A DNA stretch of 59,967 nucleotides, the filler included. It is 4 parts of 4 records of this genome, joined end to end, with 100 filler letters (N's around TTAATTAATTAA, not from the genome) between each part and the next. Parts side by side here need not be neighbours in the genome. Positions count along the whole stretch, not along the records: positions 27,265 to 40,998 come from DRR723986_10546; positions 41,099 to 59,967 come from DRR723986_10548; 2 more parts are not named here. One strand, written 5' to 3'. Of the stretch, positions 29,640 to 41,160 are shown piece after piece (positions within the stretch are counted from its first letter, which is position 1; each line of letters begins with the position of its first letter). The notes under the pieces are model-generated. The model was not told the origin of the DNA. It made no database searches and saw only the letters and a list, made by a program, of their open reading frames with translations. Made by a program: the position numbers and the translations under genes.

Positions 29640-30335
29640 AAGCCCATGCAGCTGCTGGATGTGTACCTTGTTCTGCAGAAATTTCAGCTACGACAGTCCA
29701 TGCAGCCGCCTGCGCGCAGGCCTGCGCATCCCAAATCTTCCTGCTCCGTATCGGGATGACGGCAAAGCTGCAGGGATACAGCCTGACAGAAACTGAGATT
29801 ACCATTTTGGAACATCTTGCGTAATTCTGGCCCCAGAATCGCGTTTTCAAGGATAAATCAAACGGTTTTGGCTTCATTCAGTGGCTGAAAATTAGCATCT
29901 TTCCTTGCGGGTGCTACACCTACGTTCAGGAATCTACTTCTTTACTTCTTTCTGAATTGACGTAAAGCCATCCGCAAGGACTTGTAAGCTCCAGGCATGT
30001 GGGTACTTCTGGGCCGCATGATCGCGGGAGCAAAAATTGGTACAGAACTCTGGCACGTTTACTGGTACCAATGCGGGTTTGTGACGGATATCGCATACAG
30101 ATGAATCGATGTAGAGCGTTACTGAACCTTCAGTGCCGCACGGCATTGGTGCATTGTGGATGAATATTGGTGGAAATCCGGCAATCACATACTCTTGGAT
30201 AGCGCAGGGGAGCGCACAAGAGTAGAAAATGACATGGAAATTCTGCCTGGAATCTAGATAGTTGAAAGAGTGAATTGCTGGAAGCCCTACTTCAGTGCAT
30301 TATGCTGAAAGAGGCAACCAGAGGAGCAGGCATAG

Positions 30336-33300
30336 ATGGTGAACTCAAATAATATCAAGCTGATTCTCACGGTTGGTACCGTGATACCCACCCTACTGGC
30401 CCTGGCAATTGGGTTCATGATGTTCAATCAGTTCGCTGAATCTAAGGAGGAAAACTGGTGGGTTAGACATACAAATGAAGTTCTCATCAAGGCGCATACG
30501 GCAGTCAAACTACTTGTGGACCTGGAAACCGGGCAGCGCGAATTTATGCTCAGTGGTGAAGAACCCTACCTTGAACCATACAACATCGCCAGTGTGCAGA
30601 TTTTTGAATTGATTATTGCGCTCCAAAAGAAGGTCGATGACAATCCAGCCCAGGTGGCACGCCTCGTCAGCATAAAACAAAAGCTGGACTTTTGGCTGAC
30701 GTCGGTAGGGCGGCCCGGCATAGAGTTAAGAAGAGAACATGACCGCGGTAAAGAAACGTACAGTTCCGTTTCCGATTTGATTCACTCAGAGACCGGCAGG
30801 CACCAGATTGCGCAGCTGCGCGAAATTTTGTCCGCTTTCATAGTGGTTGAGGAAGGGCTCATAAAGGAACGCAACAAAAAGGCGCATGCCGAAGTCATCC
30901 AAACTGAAATCGTAACCGGCACCGGCATCACGATTATCATAATCTCGACATTGCTCATTGGTTTTTTTAGTTCGCGCATCATTCTACGTCAGGACTGGGT
31001 CAAATCCATCAGAGCAAAGATCCTTAGCAACCTGCAAGGTGTTGACGACCTGAATGTGTTTGCGGGCACACTTCTAGAAATTCTGACCACTTCTACTTCT
31101 GTACATGTAGGCTCAATCCACGTACTGACCAATGCAAGGTCGGGCGAGGAACCGCGCCTCACATTGGTTGGCAACTTCGGCATCGAAGACTCCGATTTGA
31201 GACCTGAGACCCACATTGGCAATGCTGGAGTGGCGCTGACAACTCAATGCCTGCTGGCTGAGCGGCCCATACGCATAAGCAGTGTGCCGGACAACTACTT
31301 TCAGATTCGCAGCTCACTCGGTTCCGCCAAACCACGCGAATTGGTTTTATATCCAATTATATTTGAGCGCGATGTAATTGGTGTGATTGAGTTGGCAACA
31401 TTCAAGCCGCTCATCAAAAAAGAAGAAATGTTGTTGGAAACGCTTACGGATGAACTCGGCTCAATTGTCAACACGATTATTGTCCGCAATCAGACGGAAG
31501 AATTGTTAAAAGCAATTAGTACCAGTGAGGCACGCAGCACAGCAATTATCTCAAGTTCTTTTGATGGTGTCCTCACGATGGACTCCGGAGGTAATATTCA
31601 GTCATTCAGTCCATCGGCTGAAAAAATGTTCGCGTACCGCAAGAGTGACGTAATTGGCAAAAATATCGGCAAGCTCATGCCGGAGCCATATAAGTCAGAA
31701 TACAACAACTTTGTGCGGCAGGGCACCAGCAGCGATGGTGAGCAACTCATCGGCAACAAGCGTGAAGTCCTGGGCCGGCGCAGCGATGGCACAATCTTTC
31801 CGATTCGCCTGGCGATCAGCAGAGTCGAAGTTGAAGGTGCCAATCTGTACGCCGGATCCGTGACCGACATTACAGAAGAGAAACGCGCCCAGGAAGAAAT
31901 TGAACGCAAGAGCAAGGAGGCGGACGCGGAACGCAAAAAAGCCGATGAAGCCAACCGCATGAAAAGTGAATTCCTGGCAAACATGAGCCACGAAGTGCGC
32001 ACGCCAATGAATGGCATCATTGGAATGACCGAGATTTTACTCGAATCCGAGCTTAACAATCAGCAACGCAAATATGCAAACACCGTTATCGACTCAGCCG
32101 ATGCACTGCTCGCAATTGTTAATGACATCCTCGATTTCTCCAAAATTGAATCCGGCAAGATGGATCTTGAGCTACTCCCTTTCGACTTGATGGAGTTGGC
32201 CGAGACTGCCGTTGAAATGCACTCCGTGCGTACCCGTGAGAAATCGATTGAACTGATTCTGCGCTATGTACCCGGAACTCAACGTCACTTTCTTGGTGAC
32301 GCCGGTCGCTTACGCCAGATAGTAAACAACCTGGTGGGTAATGCGATTAAATTTACTCAGGAAGGTTTTGTTGTTCTTCAGATCGATTCAGTTAACAATT
32401 CAGATCTTGACGCAGGCAAACAACACATCAGAATCGCGGTCCAGGATACGGGCATTGGTATCCCAAAAGATGTACAGACAAAAATTTTCGAGAAATTTTC
32501 ACAGGCGGACTCAACCACGACGCGCAAATTCGGTGGCACGGGATTGGGACTTGCGATAAGCCAGGAACTGGCACAGCTTATGGATGGCTGCATTGAAGTC
32601 GAAAGTGTTGAAGGCCAGGGATCAACTTTCACACTCAACGTGCATCTGGTAGTCGATAAAGCGGCGCAAAACGAACTTCCCACGCCAGGCAACCTGCAAG
32701 GGCTTCGCGTCCTGATTGCAGATAAGATATCAACGATCCGCGAACTCATTGCTGAAAGGTTAATTCCCCTGGGCGTTGATTGTATTCTGGAGGACGATCC
32801 CTCAAAAACCCTGGAGCGACTGGAAGATGCAGCCAGGCAACAGGCTAAAATAGACATGGTGATAGTTGACTATGACCTGGAAGACTTTAAGGGTAAAAGC
32901 CTGGCACATTTGGTGCGGCAACGGCCGGAGCTGAGCAACACGGCCTTGATATTGCATTCGGCACTTAACTTTATTCACGGATCGGATTCGCGCACAGAAC
33001 TTGGATTTAACGGCTACCTGGCCAAGCCGCTGAAGTCTTCTGAACTTCTTAACCTGCTGTCAAAAGTATGGGAAAACTACAGCCAGGGCCTCAGCGATTT
33101 TGTCGTCAACATTGACGACCTGGTTACTCCCTCCTCACACGGCAGTCGAGCAAGCGAAACACTCTTTAGCGGTCCGCGAATTTTGCTTGCAGATAACGAC
33201 CGGGTCAATCAGGATTTAACAAGCAAGATTCTTGAACAAGCCGGCTGTGAAGTCGAAGTTGTAGATAATGGCAAACTTGCAACTCAGCGAGCGCAAGCCC

Positions 33301-34412
33301 AGAACTACGACCTGATATTCATGGATTGTGAGATGCCTGAAATGGATGGATTTGAGGCCAGCCGGATCATCACAGAGCACTTTCACTTAAACAGCCTAAA
33401 ACCTGCTCCGATTATTGCGCTTACCGGCAATGCAATGCAAGGCGCCCGCAAACGCTGCCTGGCCGCCGGGATGAGCGATTACTTAAGCAAACCATATCGC
33501 AAAAAACAGATTATCGCGCTGCTTGCTACCTGGCTACCCGATTTTGTCGTCAGCGAGAAAATCAATGATGTGGAGTACTTTGGTGGATACAAAACCTGTT
33601 TAGTAGAAGACAATCCAGTCAATGCAGCCATAACGAAGAGAATGTTAAAGGAACTCGGCTTTGAAGTCGCCCACGCAGAAAATGGGTCGGAAGCAGTCGA
33701 GCTAGTTCTGAGTACTGATTTCGATATTATTCTGATGGATTGTATGATGCCCGTGATGGATGGATTTAACGCCACACGGGAGATCCGCAAGCTGGAAAAT
33801 GGTGGTGCGATTAAACCACGCCCTATAATCGCCTTAACAGCCAATGCTATGGATGGCGATCGTGAAAGTTGTCTTGAGGCCGGTATGGATGACTACTTCA
33901 CAAAACCCGTCCGTAAAGTTTCGATCCGCCAAATGATGCTTAAGCATCTCAAACCATTTAAAAGCAAAGACATCAAAGTTGCAAAGAATGTCGAAATGAA
34001 GTCGGAGTTAGCTCTTGACCAGCAGTTGTTTGCAGAATTCAAATTGCTGATGGGCGAGCAGTTTGAAGATACAGTCAGCAAATTCGTGGAAGATGGTGGT
34101 CGGATGTTGCGCGAATTACAGTCGGCACATAAGCAGCACAATTTGCAGGAGATTGTAAGTATAACACACACGCTCAAATCCAGCAGTGCTGCAGTCGGCG
34201 CATTAAAGCTCTCGGAGCTTGCCACGCACATGGAAACTGAGTCCCGTACACAATTGGCGCGTAAACAGAAACACTCGACGATTCCTGCAGAACTCATCGT
34301 ACGCTTGCAAGATATGTTTAACGCAGTTGAGCAGCAGATTCAATTACACGTGCATTCGGGCCAGACGGCGAATCCTGTATCCAGCCCACAACTCAGCGAT
34401 CGACTTAACTGA
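30336..34412 (+). CDS. Hybrid sensor histidine kinase: CHASE3-GAF-PAS-HisKA-HATPase-3xREC-HPt
   Basis: WVRHT..DLETGQR (CHASE3), PAS, FLANMSHEVRTPMNG, NLVGNAIKFT, GGTGLGL, MDCEMP and MDCMMP receivers plus one degenerate receiver, HTLKSSS HPt. Confidence 0.95.
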   Translation: MVNSNNIKLILTVGTVIPTLLALAIGFMMFNQFAESKEENWWVRHTNEVLIKAHTAVKLLVDLETGQREFMLSGEEPYLEPYNIASVQIFELIIALQKKVDDNPAQVARLVSIKQKLDFWLTSVGRPGIELRREHDRGKETYSSVSDLIHSETGRHQIAQLREILSAFIVVEEGLIKERNKKAHAEVIQTEIVTGTGITIIIISTLLIGFFSSRIILRQDWVKSIRAKILSNLQGVDDLNVFAGTLLEILTTSTSVHVGSIHVLTNARSGEEPRLTLVGNFGIEDSDLRPETHIGNAGVALTTQCLLAERPIRISSVPDNYFQIRSSLGSAKPRELVLYPIIFERDVIGVIELATFKPLIKKEEMLLETLTDELGSIVNTIIVRNQTEELLKAISTSEARSTAIISSSFDGVLTMDSGGNIQSFSPSAEKMFAYRKSDVIGKNIGKLMPEPYKSEYNNFVRQGTSSDGEQLIGNKREVLGRRSDGTIFPIRLAISRVEVEGANLYAGSVTDITEEKRAQEEIERKSKEADAERKKADEANRMKSEFLANMSHEVRTPMNGIIGMTEILLESELNNQQRKYANTVIDSADALLAIVNDILDFSKIESGKMDLELLPFDLMELAETAVEMHSVRTREKSIELILRYVPGTQRHFLGDAGRLRQIVNNLVGNAIKFTQEGFVVLQIDSVNNSDLDAGKQHIRIAVQDTGIGIPKDVQTKIFEKFSQADSTTTRKFGGTGLGLAISQELAQLMDGCIEVESVEGQGSTFTLNVHLVVDKAAQNELPTPGNLQGLRVLIADKISTIRELIAERLIPLGVDCILEDDPSKTLERLEDAARQQAKIDMVIVDYDLEDFKGKSLAHLVRQRPELSNTALILHSALNFIHGSDSRTELGFNGYLAKPLKSSELLNLLSKVWENYSQGLSDFVVNIDDLVTPSSHGSRASETLFSGPRILLADNDRVNQDLTSKILEQAGCEVEVVDNGKLATQRAQAQNYDLIFMDCEMPEMDGFEASRIITEHFHLNSLKPAPIIALTGNAMQGARKRCLAAGMSDYLSKPYRKKQIIALLATWLPDFVVSEKINDVEYFGGYKTCLVEDNPVNAAITKRMLKELGFEVAHAENGSEAVELVLSTDFDIILMDCMMPVMDGFNATREIRKLENGGAIKPRPIIALTANAMDGDRESCLEAGMDDYFTKPVRKVSIRQMMLKHLKPFKSKDIKVAKNVEMKSELALDQQLFAEFKLLMGEQFEDTVSKFVEDGGRMLRELQSAHKQHNLQEIVSITHTLKSSSAAVGALKLSELATHMETESRTQLARKQKHSTIPAELIVRLQDMFNAVEQQIQLHVHSGQTANPVSSPQLSDRLN

Positions 34413-34471
34413 GGCAATTCGCCTGATGCGCATTACTTAAACAATTATGCGGAGCGCAGTTTGCATAAGCG

Positions 34472-34509
34472 CTGCGCGCCGGTTGATGACACCTGCGCGC
34501 AGTTTTTTT
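34472..34509 (+). terminator. Rho-independent terminator after the hybrid kinase
   Basis: CTGCGCGC...GCGCGCAG stem followed by T7, between convergent genes. Confidence 0.7.
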
Positions 34510-34527
34510 ATGCCGTCAGTCTGCCAA

Positions 34528-35043
34528 TCAATGAGCCCTGATGATGTAGTGCAGGAAGGCGTTCTTAACACGCGTCTCACCAGCATTCGCGCGGAAGCGT
34601 GTGCTGGTCTGCGCGGCATGATACTGCCCACCGGTTTCCAGCCATTCACTCCAATTCCCATCAATCGGCACGGCCACGGAGCGCGCACCGCCTTCCAGCC
34701 GCGATTCGACTTTGTGCAGGCTGTTGCCGACTTCAGCCTGCACACTGCCAACTTTATTGCCCGTATTTCCACCGGGGTTCATTGCTTCGCGCGCGGCAGC
34801 TGCCGGATCGCGTCCAGAATCCGCACTTACTCCGCGAACCCAGCGGCCGCGTAAATCCGGCACGCGGAACTTGACACCATCCAGCCCAAAACCACCGCTA
34901 ATGACTTTGTACAATTCCTGATACGTGTCCCGGTGAAATTCCTGGCCGTCACATAGCAGCCAGCCCGCCGGAATCATGTCAACATTTCCGCCAAACGCAA
35001 CAACTGTTCCAATTGGCATGCTCTGATTTGTTGTTTCACTCAT
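34528..35043 (-). CDS. Phage tail-collar domain protein
   Basis: PIGTVVAFGG..PAGWLLCDG..YQELYKVI..FRVPDLRGRWVRG; C-terminal ETRVKNAFLHYIIR. Confidence 0.9.
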   Translation of the reverse strand: MSETTNQSMPIGTVVAFGGNVDMIPAGWLLCDGQEFHRDTYQELYKVISGGFGLDGVKFRVPDLRGRWVRGVSADSGRDPAAAAREAMNPGGNTGNKVGSVQAEVGNSLHKVESRLEGGARSVAVPIDGNWSEWLETGGQYHAAQTSTRFRANAGETRVKNAFLHYIIRAH

Positions 35044-35353
35044 AGTTAATCCTCACTAATATGTTTGTTAAATTCCAGAAAACATTAAACAGCAACTGCT
35101 AAAATTCTTAAGGCCGGAGACAGTGAGACTAGAGCCTGACCGGCATACCTGGGACTGCAGCCGCATTGACAACAGAGTTCTCACACAATTCCACATTCAA
35201 ATACCAGAGGGCTGACTGCTGCAGACGTGTCAAATCGTGCTGCGCCTTTCGCGGACTCAGGCTTACTCTTTTCAATTTTGATCGCCACTGATCCACTTTC
35301 CTTCAAGCTTGACTCAGCGGCTGGATGCTGCGTTCTCAACAACTAACAAAAAG

Positions 35354-35578
35354 AAAAAGCAAGCCACCAAGCCGGAGGCGCAGAGAGGCGAAGCGTTCAT
35401 GCCTGTACGGTGGAACGGAAGATACAGGCAGCAGAATCGACTACAGAATCGACTACAGAATCGACTACAACGTTGCAGTCAGGGGCGTAATCAGAGCTGG
35501 AACTTGCCCATTGAAGCTGCATAAGTCCTGGAATTGCCTTGTCCCGCGCTAGATCTGAGAGAGCTTCTGCGCGCACGT
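35354..35578. repeat. Dispersed intergenic repeat, copy 2
   Basis: Homologous to 27340-27515; contains an internal 12-bp tandem expansion. Confidence 0.75.
35432..35467 (+). repeat. Tandem repeat (CAGAATCGACTA)x3
   Basis: Three exact adjacent 12-bp copies. Confidence 0.95.
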
Positions 35579-35931
35579 CCTTTGACTCTTGCCCCTCCAG
35601 TTTTACGAAAAACGCGGGCGATTGTGTAGCCTGTGTCACATTGTTGTAGCAATGTTGCAAACATCAGCAGCTATCTTGCGATTGACTATGCGACAGTCTG
35701 GCTGCGTCTCAGAGGGTTTAGTCAACCTAAAGTGCCGAACCGGCTGTCGACTTTTTCGGCTGGCATTCCAAGTTTTCTCAAGTCGTCGGCATGGCCGGTG
35801 ATACGCCGGACCAGCACAGTTAACATAATGTTGTTTATGCCACAAAAAGGCATTTAAACGGCAGCAAATCAGTCAAAGAATTTCCACAGAGTCTGCAAAG
35901 ACAACAACTCCCAAATTTTGCGGAGGTAGAT

Positions 35932-38900
35932 GTGAACATCCTGAATACAACTTCAAAACACAGTCCGGACAGAGCTTACTCGCGCCTGCTGCGCCAGTAC
36001 AGAAAAACCACGCGGCGGCTGACGGCCGTTTTCCAGAGCAGTGATTTCTCCCATCGTGCACGTGAGGCGGCAACAAAACTTCAAGACCGTCTCCTAAAAC
36101 TGATGCGCGCCCTGGGCATTTCCCTTAAACCGTCAGCGCGCAACGCAATTGCATCCGGTGCGGCTCTGTTGTTAACAGCGGGACTTGCGCAGGCACAAAC
36201 GCCGAAAATTGTCAATCTTTCGCCGGCGACGAATGCTAACGCAGCTACCAGCAACAGCAATATTATCGTTACGTTTTCAACACAGATGACCGTTTCGAGT
36301 CTGACGGCAGCACACATTAACATTCGTGGTGGGTTCACAGGCTACCTTAGTACAAAAGGGACGTTTAGTGGCAATCCGGCACGTAGTTTTAATCCCGACA
36401 ATAACTTCCTGCCGGGTGAGTTAATCACAGTGAGCGTTACCGGCGCCCAGACAATTGGCGGAACTTCATTAACACGTGCGCAGGTCTATCAATTTCGGGC
36501 AGCCGTCGCGGCTGGTACCGGCAGATTTAACTCTTTCACATCTGGTTCGCTGACAAGTAGAGACCACGATTGCAAACTGGGTGATCTTGATGGTGACGGT
36601 GATCTCGACGCTGTCATTGCGCTTAACGATGTCGCAAACCAAATATGGTTAAACAACGGCGATCGCACATTTGCCACCGCCGAGTTTGGCGAAGCAGGAG
36701 CGGACAGCTATGGCCTTGCGCTGGGCGATCTTGACAACGATGGCGACCTCGACGTAATTGTGGCCAATGGCGGTTCCACCAGACAAAATGAAATATGGCT
36801 CAATAACGGCGACGGAACTTTTACCAGCAGTCAGTTTGGCAGCGGGCAAAGTCGCGACGTTGCCGTGGGTGACCTTGATGGCGACGGTGATCTCGACGCT
36901 GTCATTGCGAACTACAAGGCCAATCAGGAAATCTGGTTAAACAACGGCGATGCGACTTTTACCAGTAGTAACTTCGGTGGTAATGATCAAAGCTTTGGGG
37001 TTGATATTGGCGACCTGGATGGTGATGGCTTTCTGGACGTCATCATCGCCAACTACCGCAAGCACCAACGCGTCTGGATTAACAATGGTGATGCGACCTT
37101 TAGTTCTTCAACGGTTGGTTTTAGCACCGGCAGCAGCCGAGACGTAACAATTGGTGACCTCGATAATGATGGTGACCTCGACGCAATTTTCGCTTCCTAC
37201 CCTTGTGAGTTTTGGCAGAACAACGGTGACGGCTCATTCGCGACCAGCCATGTAGGCCCCAGTATCTCCGGTTACGGCCTGGCAATTGGCGACCTTGACA
37301 ATGATGGTGACCTCGACGCTGCTATTGCGAATTTATTCGGTAAAAATACTCTGTGGATTAACAACGGTGACGCCAGCTTCAGCACAAGCGAGTTTGGGAG
37401 TCACTCAACCTATTCCGCAGAGTTCGGCGATATCGACGGCGACGGTGACCTGGACATGTTCCTGGTAAACTCTTCCGCTGCCAACCAATTCTACCTTAAC
37501 AAACCCAAAATCCCCAATTCTCCGTTTACTCCCAGAATCAGCGCACTTGCGCCGGCAACTCACTCACATGCCGCGCCGCGCAATAGTGACATTAGCTTAA
37601 CATTTACGCAAGCGATGACAACGTCATCTTTAACAGCCGGGAACATCATTATCTATGGCTCAAAGCGCGGCTATCTGAGCACAAATGGCACATTTAGCGG
37701 CAGTCAAATCCGCAATTTTAACCCTGACAGCAAGTTTCAGGCGGGTGAATTAGTCTCCGTCACTGTCACTGGTGCGACGAGTATTGGCGGCACAAGCATG
37801 ACGCAGTCCTTGATACAGAGCTTCCGCGCAGGTGTTGATGGTGGATCGGCTGACTTTAACAATCTGAACATTGGAGTCGGCGATGGATTTGGCATTGCAC
37901 TGGGCGACCTGAACGGCGACGGAAATATGGATGCGATTGTGGCCAACAATGGCGAGCCACAAGACATTCTACTTAACAATGGCGACGCAAGCTTTAGCAG
38001 CTCCACGTTTGGTAGCGGCAACAGCCGCGCTGCCGGAATCGCCGATCTGGACGGTGACGGCGACCTTGATGCTATAATTCTGAATTCGAATCAGCCCAAA
38101 GATATTTGGATTAACAATGGCGATGCAACGTTTAGCAGCTCCACATTTGGTATAAGCAAAATTACCAACGAAATCGCATTCGGTGATTTGGATGGCGACG
38201 GCGATATCGATGCGATTATCTCCTCCTTCAGCGCACAAAATGAAATATGGCTTAACAACGGTGATGCGACCTTTGCGACCGATCTCTTTGGCGGCGAAGA
38301 CGGTCAAAGTTATGGCATTAAAATTGGTGATATTGACAACGATGGTGACCTGGATGCAGTTATCGCCAATGGCTCCAGCCAAAACCAGGGAGATGAAGCC
38401 TGGTTTAACAATGGTGATGCGACCTTCATAAGTACTACCGTCGGCAACTCCAAAGCACAAGGCATTGCTCTGGGTGATATTGATGGCGACGGTGACCTGG
38501 ACGCCCTTACCTCCGGATACACAGCGCACAGCAAAGTCTGGGTTAACAATGGCGACGGAACGTTCGCGGTATCAAACCTCGGTATAAACACGAGACTGAC
38601 AAACGCTGAGTTTGCAGACTTCGATGCCGACGGTGATCTGGATGCCTTCCTGACGTCCAGAATCGGCAGAAACTATCTGTTCATCAATGACGGAACCGGC
38701 AGCTTTACGAGTAAAACATCAATTCCGCTAGATTCCTACGAAAGCAACGGTCTTGCACTTGGAGATTTGGATGGCGATGGTGATGTAGACGCCATGATTG
38801 CCAATGGTGACGGCGATCCACAGGAAATCTGGCTCAACCAGCCGCAGGCCCCAACGATTAGCGCAGTTAGCCCCAACACTACGACTGCCAACCTGAGCGG

Positions 38901-40998
38901 AATGCGGCTGGACATCAGTGGAACAGACTTTGAAACCACAACTGCACAGATTTCAACACTCAATGCTCAGGGCACAACGAATGGTAACCGCAACCTGGTT
39001 TTGTTCAATGCGACACGCGCATCCCTAAGTACAAACTTACCACCTGGGCTGGTTTCAACTGCCGGCACCCTGACTTTAACAATTGGCAATCAGAGTGGCA
39101 CAACCAGTACAACTATCACTGTGCTCAACGATCAACCGACAATCGCGACTGGTAGCACAATTATTACAATTGAAGAAGACAACTCAACGGCTTTGAGTGT
39201 CGCGCTTGGCGACATTTGGCCTGGAGTAAATAGTCTTGTGGTTTCGGCTACAACAGCTGATATCACAACGATTGCCTCTTTGGTTCAGCTGGGCGCGACT
39301 TCGGCACTTACAAACATCCTCGTCACTCCTGTTACAAATGCCAATGGGACAGCACAGGTAACTGTGACAGCCGATGATGGCGAATTTTCGCCCTCGACCA
39401 GTTTTACACTTAACATTATCCCGGTTAACGATCCGCCGACGATCTCAACAGTGAATGCGGTCGTCACAATCAACGAAGACACGTCGACGAACACATACTT
39501 CACGCTCGATGATATCGACACGTCGATTGGCACATTAGAACTCAGCGCTACGTCGAGTAACCTGGCGCTGATTAGCAACGGCAGTCTTGCCTTCGGCGCT
39601 ACCGGCGCAACAACTAGTTTGCTCCTTGATCCCGCACAGAATGCAACCGGTGCTGCCATAATCACCGTCACAGTCGACGACGGTGAGTTCCAGCGCGAGC
39701 TGCTCCTGACTGTTAACGTTGATCCGGTCAATGACGCCCCGGTCATCAGCACAAACAACACGCTGATCAGCACCGACGAAGATCAGAACACAGTCGCGAC
39801 GGTCAGCCTGAGTGACATCGATACGCCCTTGACGAATGTTGTCCTGAGTGCTACATCAAGTGATCAATCGATTATACCTGACGCCGGCTTAAGCATTGGA
39901 ACAACTGATGCAAACACGCAAATCTTGATTGCACCCGCAACAAATGCGAATGGAACGGCACACATTACTGTCAGCGCAGATGACGGTGAGTTCACACGTA
40001 CTACGACATTTACATTGACGGTTGATCCGGTTAACGATCCGCCGACGATTTCGGCGGCACAATTAACAGCCAATACTGACAACAAGAATACAACTACTGC
40101 TTTTGTTAATCTTGCAGATATCGACACTCCGGTTGGCAGCCTGGTGTTAAGTGCTACTTCCGGCAATCAGTCGATCATTCAGGATGGTGATATTTCAATC
40201 GCTGCTACCGCAGCAAACACTCAGCTGATTTTAACACCAGTCTGTGGCGCAGTCGGCACTACACCGATCACTGTAACACTATCCGATGGCGAATTCGAAC
40301 GCACTACCAGTTTTGTGTTAAATGTTCTTGCATCAGCGGCGCTGTCTGTCAGTGGTGCGACGAGCGCCTGTCCGAACTTTGAATTGAGCTACAGCCTCTT
40401 GCCAAACGACCCGCTGGCTTCACATGTCTGGAGTGTTCAGGGTGGTACAATTGTTAACGGTCAGGGCACAGAAGACATCACACTTGTCTGGGACACTGGA
40501 GTTACGAGCGGTGTAGTCTCCGTCACACGCACCTCGGCGACAGGTTGCACTGAAGCCAGTGTGCTTAACACTTCCATTATTCCACTGCAGGCATTGGCGG
40601 ACTTCATTCAGGTCTCAACCAGCGGAAGCACAAACATCTCAGTCTTGGCAAATGACATCGGCACAGGGATTGCCGTGTTGTCGGTTGACAGTCCGGCAAA
40701 TGGCAGCTCATCCGTAACGGCCGGCAGCATTTCATACATTCCCAATCCAGGGTTCACCGGCGCAGATACGTTTAACTACATTATCCAGGACAACAACGGC
40801 TGTACAACTGCCGGGATAGTGAATGTATTTGTACAAAATGCCGATAACTCGATTGTTAATCTGGAATATATCGAGCGTCAGAAAGATCGCGTCGGTGCAG
40901 TTCGCGGATTGCGCAAAACCCAGAATGCAGCCGTCAGTCCCGATGGACGTTTTGTGTACGTCGCTGGGCGCAACGATCATTCGATTGCAATTTTTGAG
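35932..40998 (+). CDS. Giant secreted FG-GAP/Ig-domain surface protein (3' truncated)
   Basis: GGAGG RBS + GTG; AQA/Q signal cleavage; two [Ig-like + 7 GDxDxDGDxD repeats] modules; four NDxPxI cadherin-like repeats; PNPGFTGADTFNY Ig domain; start of a lactonase-type propeller (AVSPDGRFVYV). Confidence 0.9.
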
Positions 40999-41098
40999 NN
41001 NNNNNNNNNNNNNNNNNNNNNNNNNNNNNNNNNNNNNNNNNNTTAATTAATTAANNNNNNNNNNNNNNNNNNNNNNNNNNNNNNNNNNNNNNNNNNNN
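40999..41098. other. Artificial contig-joining spacer
   Basis: 44 N + TTAATTAATTAA + 44 N. Confidence 0.98.
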
Positions 41099-41160
41099 TC
41101 TGTGCGGAACAAGTAACCCATGCCGAGTGGGCAACAAACAGCAACGGTGCCCCTTCAAGT

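Noticed and set aside
34528-35043. Prophage
   Set aside because: No other phage structural, packaging or lysis genes in this contig.
35130-35265. c-di-AMP (ydaO) or c-di-GMP riboswitch upstream of the tail-collar gene; GCCTGA/TCAGGC could pair
   Set aside because: Conserved cores (GGGGGAACC..GGGGTGAATC, or GCAAACC..GACGCAAAG) are absent; an Rfam scan would be needed.
35432-35467. Possible CRISPR array
   Set aside because: Adjacent 12-bp units with no spacers and no cas genes.
36570-38840. Regularly spaced DNA repeats (GGCGACCTTGA.., AACAACGGCGA..) resembling an array
   Set aside because: They are codons of FG-GAP protein repeats within one open frame and vary at synonymous positions.
6062-41098. 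TTAATTAATTAA motif recurring three times inside N runs, and any gene linkage across those points
   Set aside because: Identical N44-12-N44 structure each time with genes cut at the edges: an artificial concatenation spacer between unrelated contigs.
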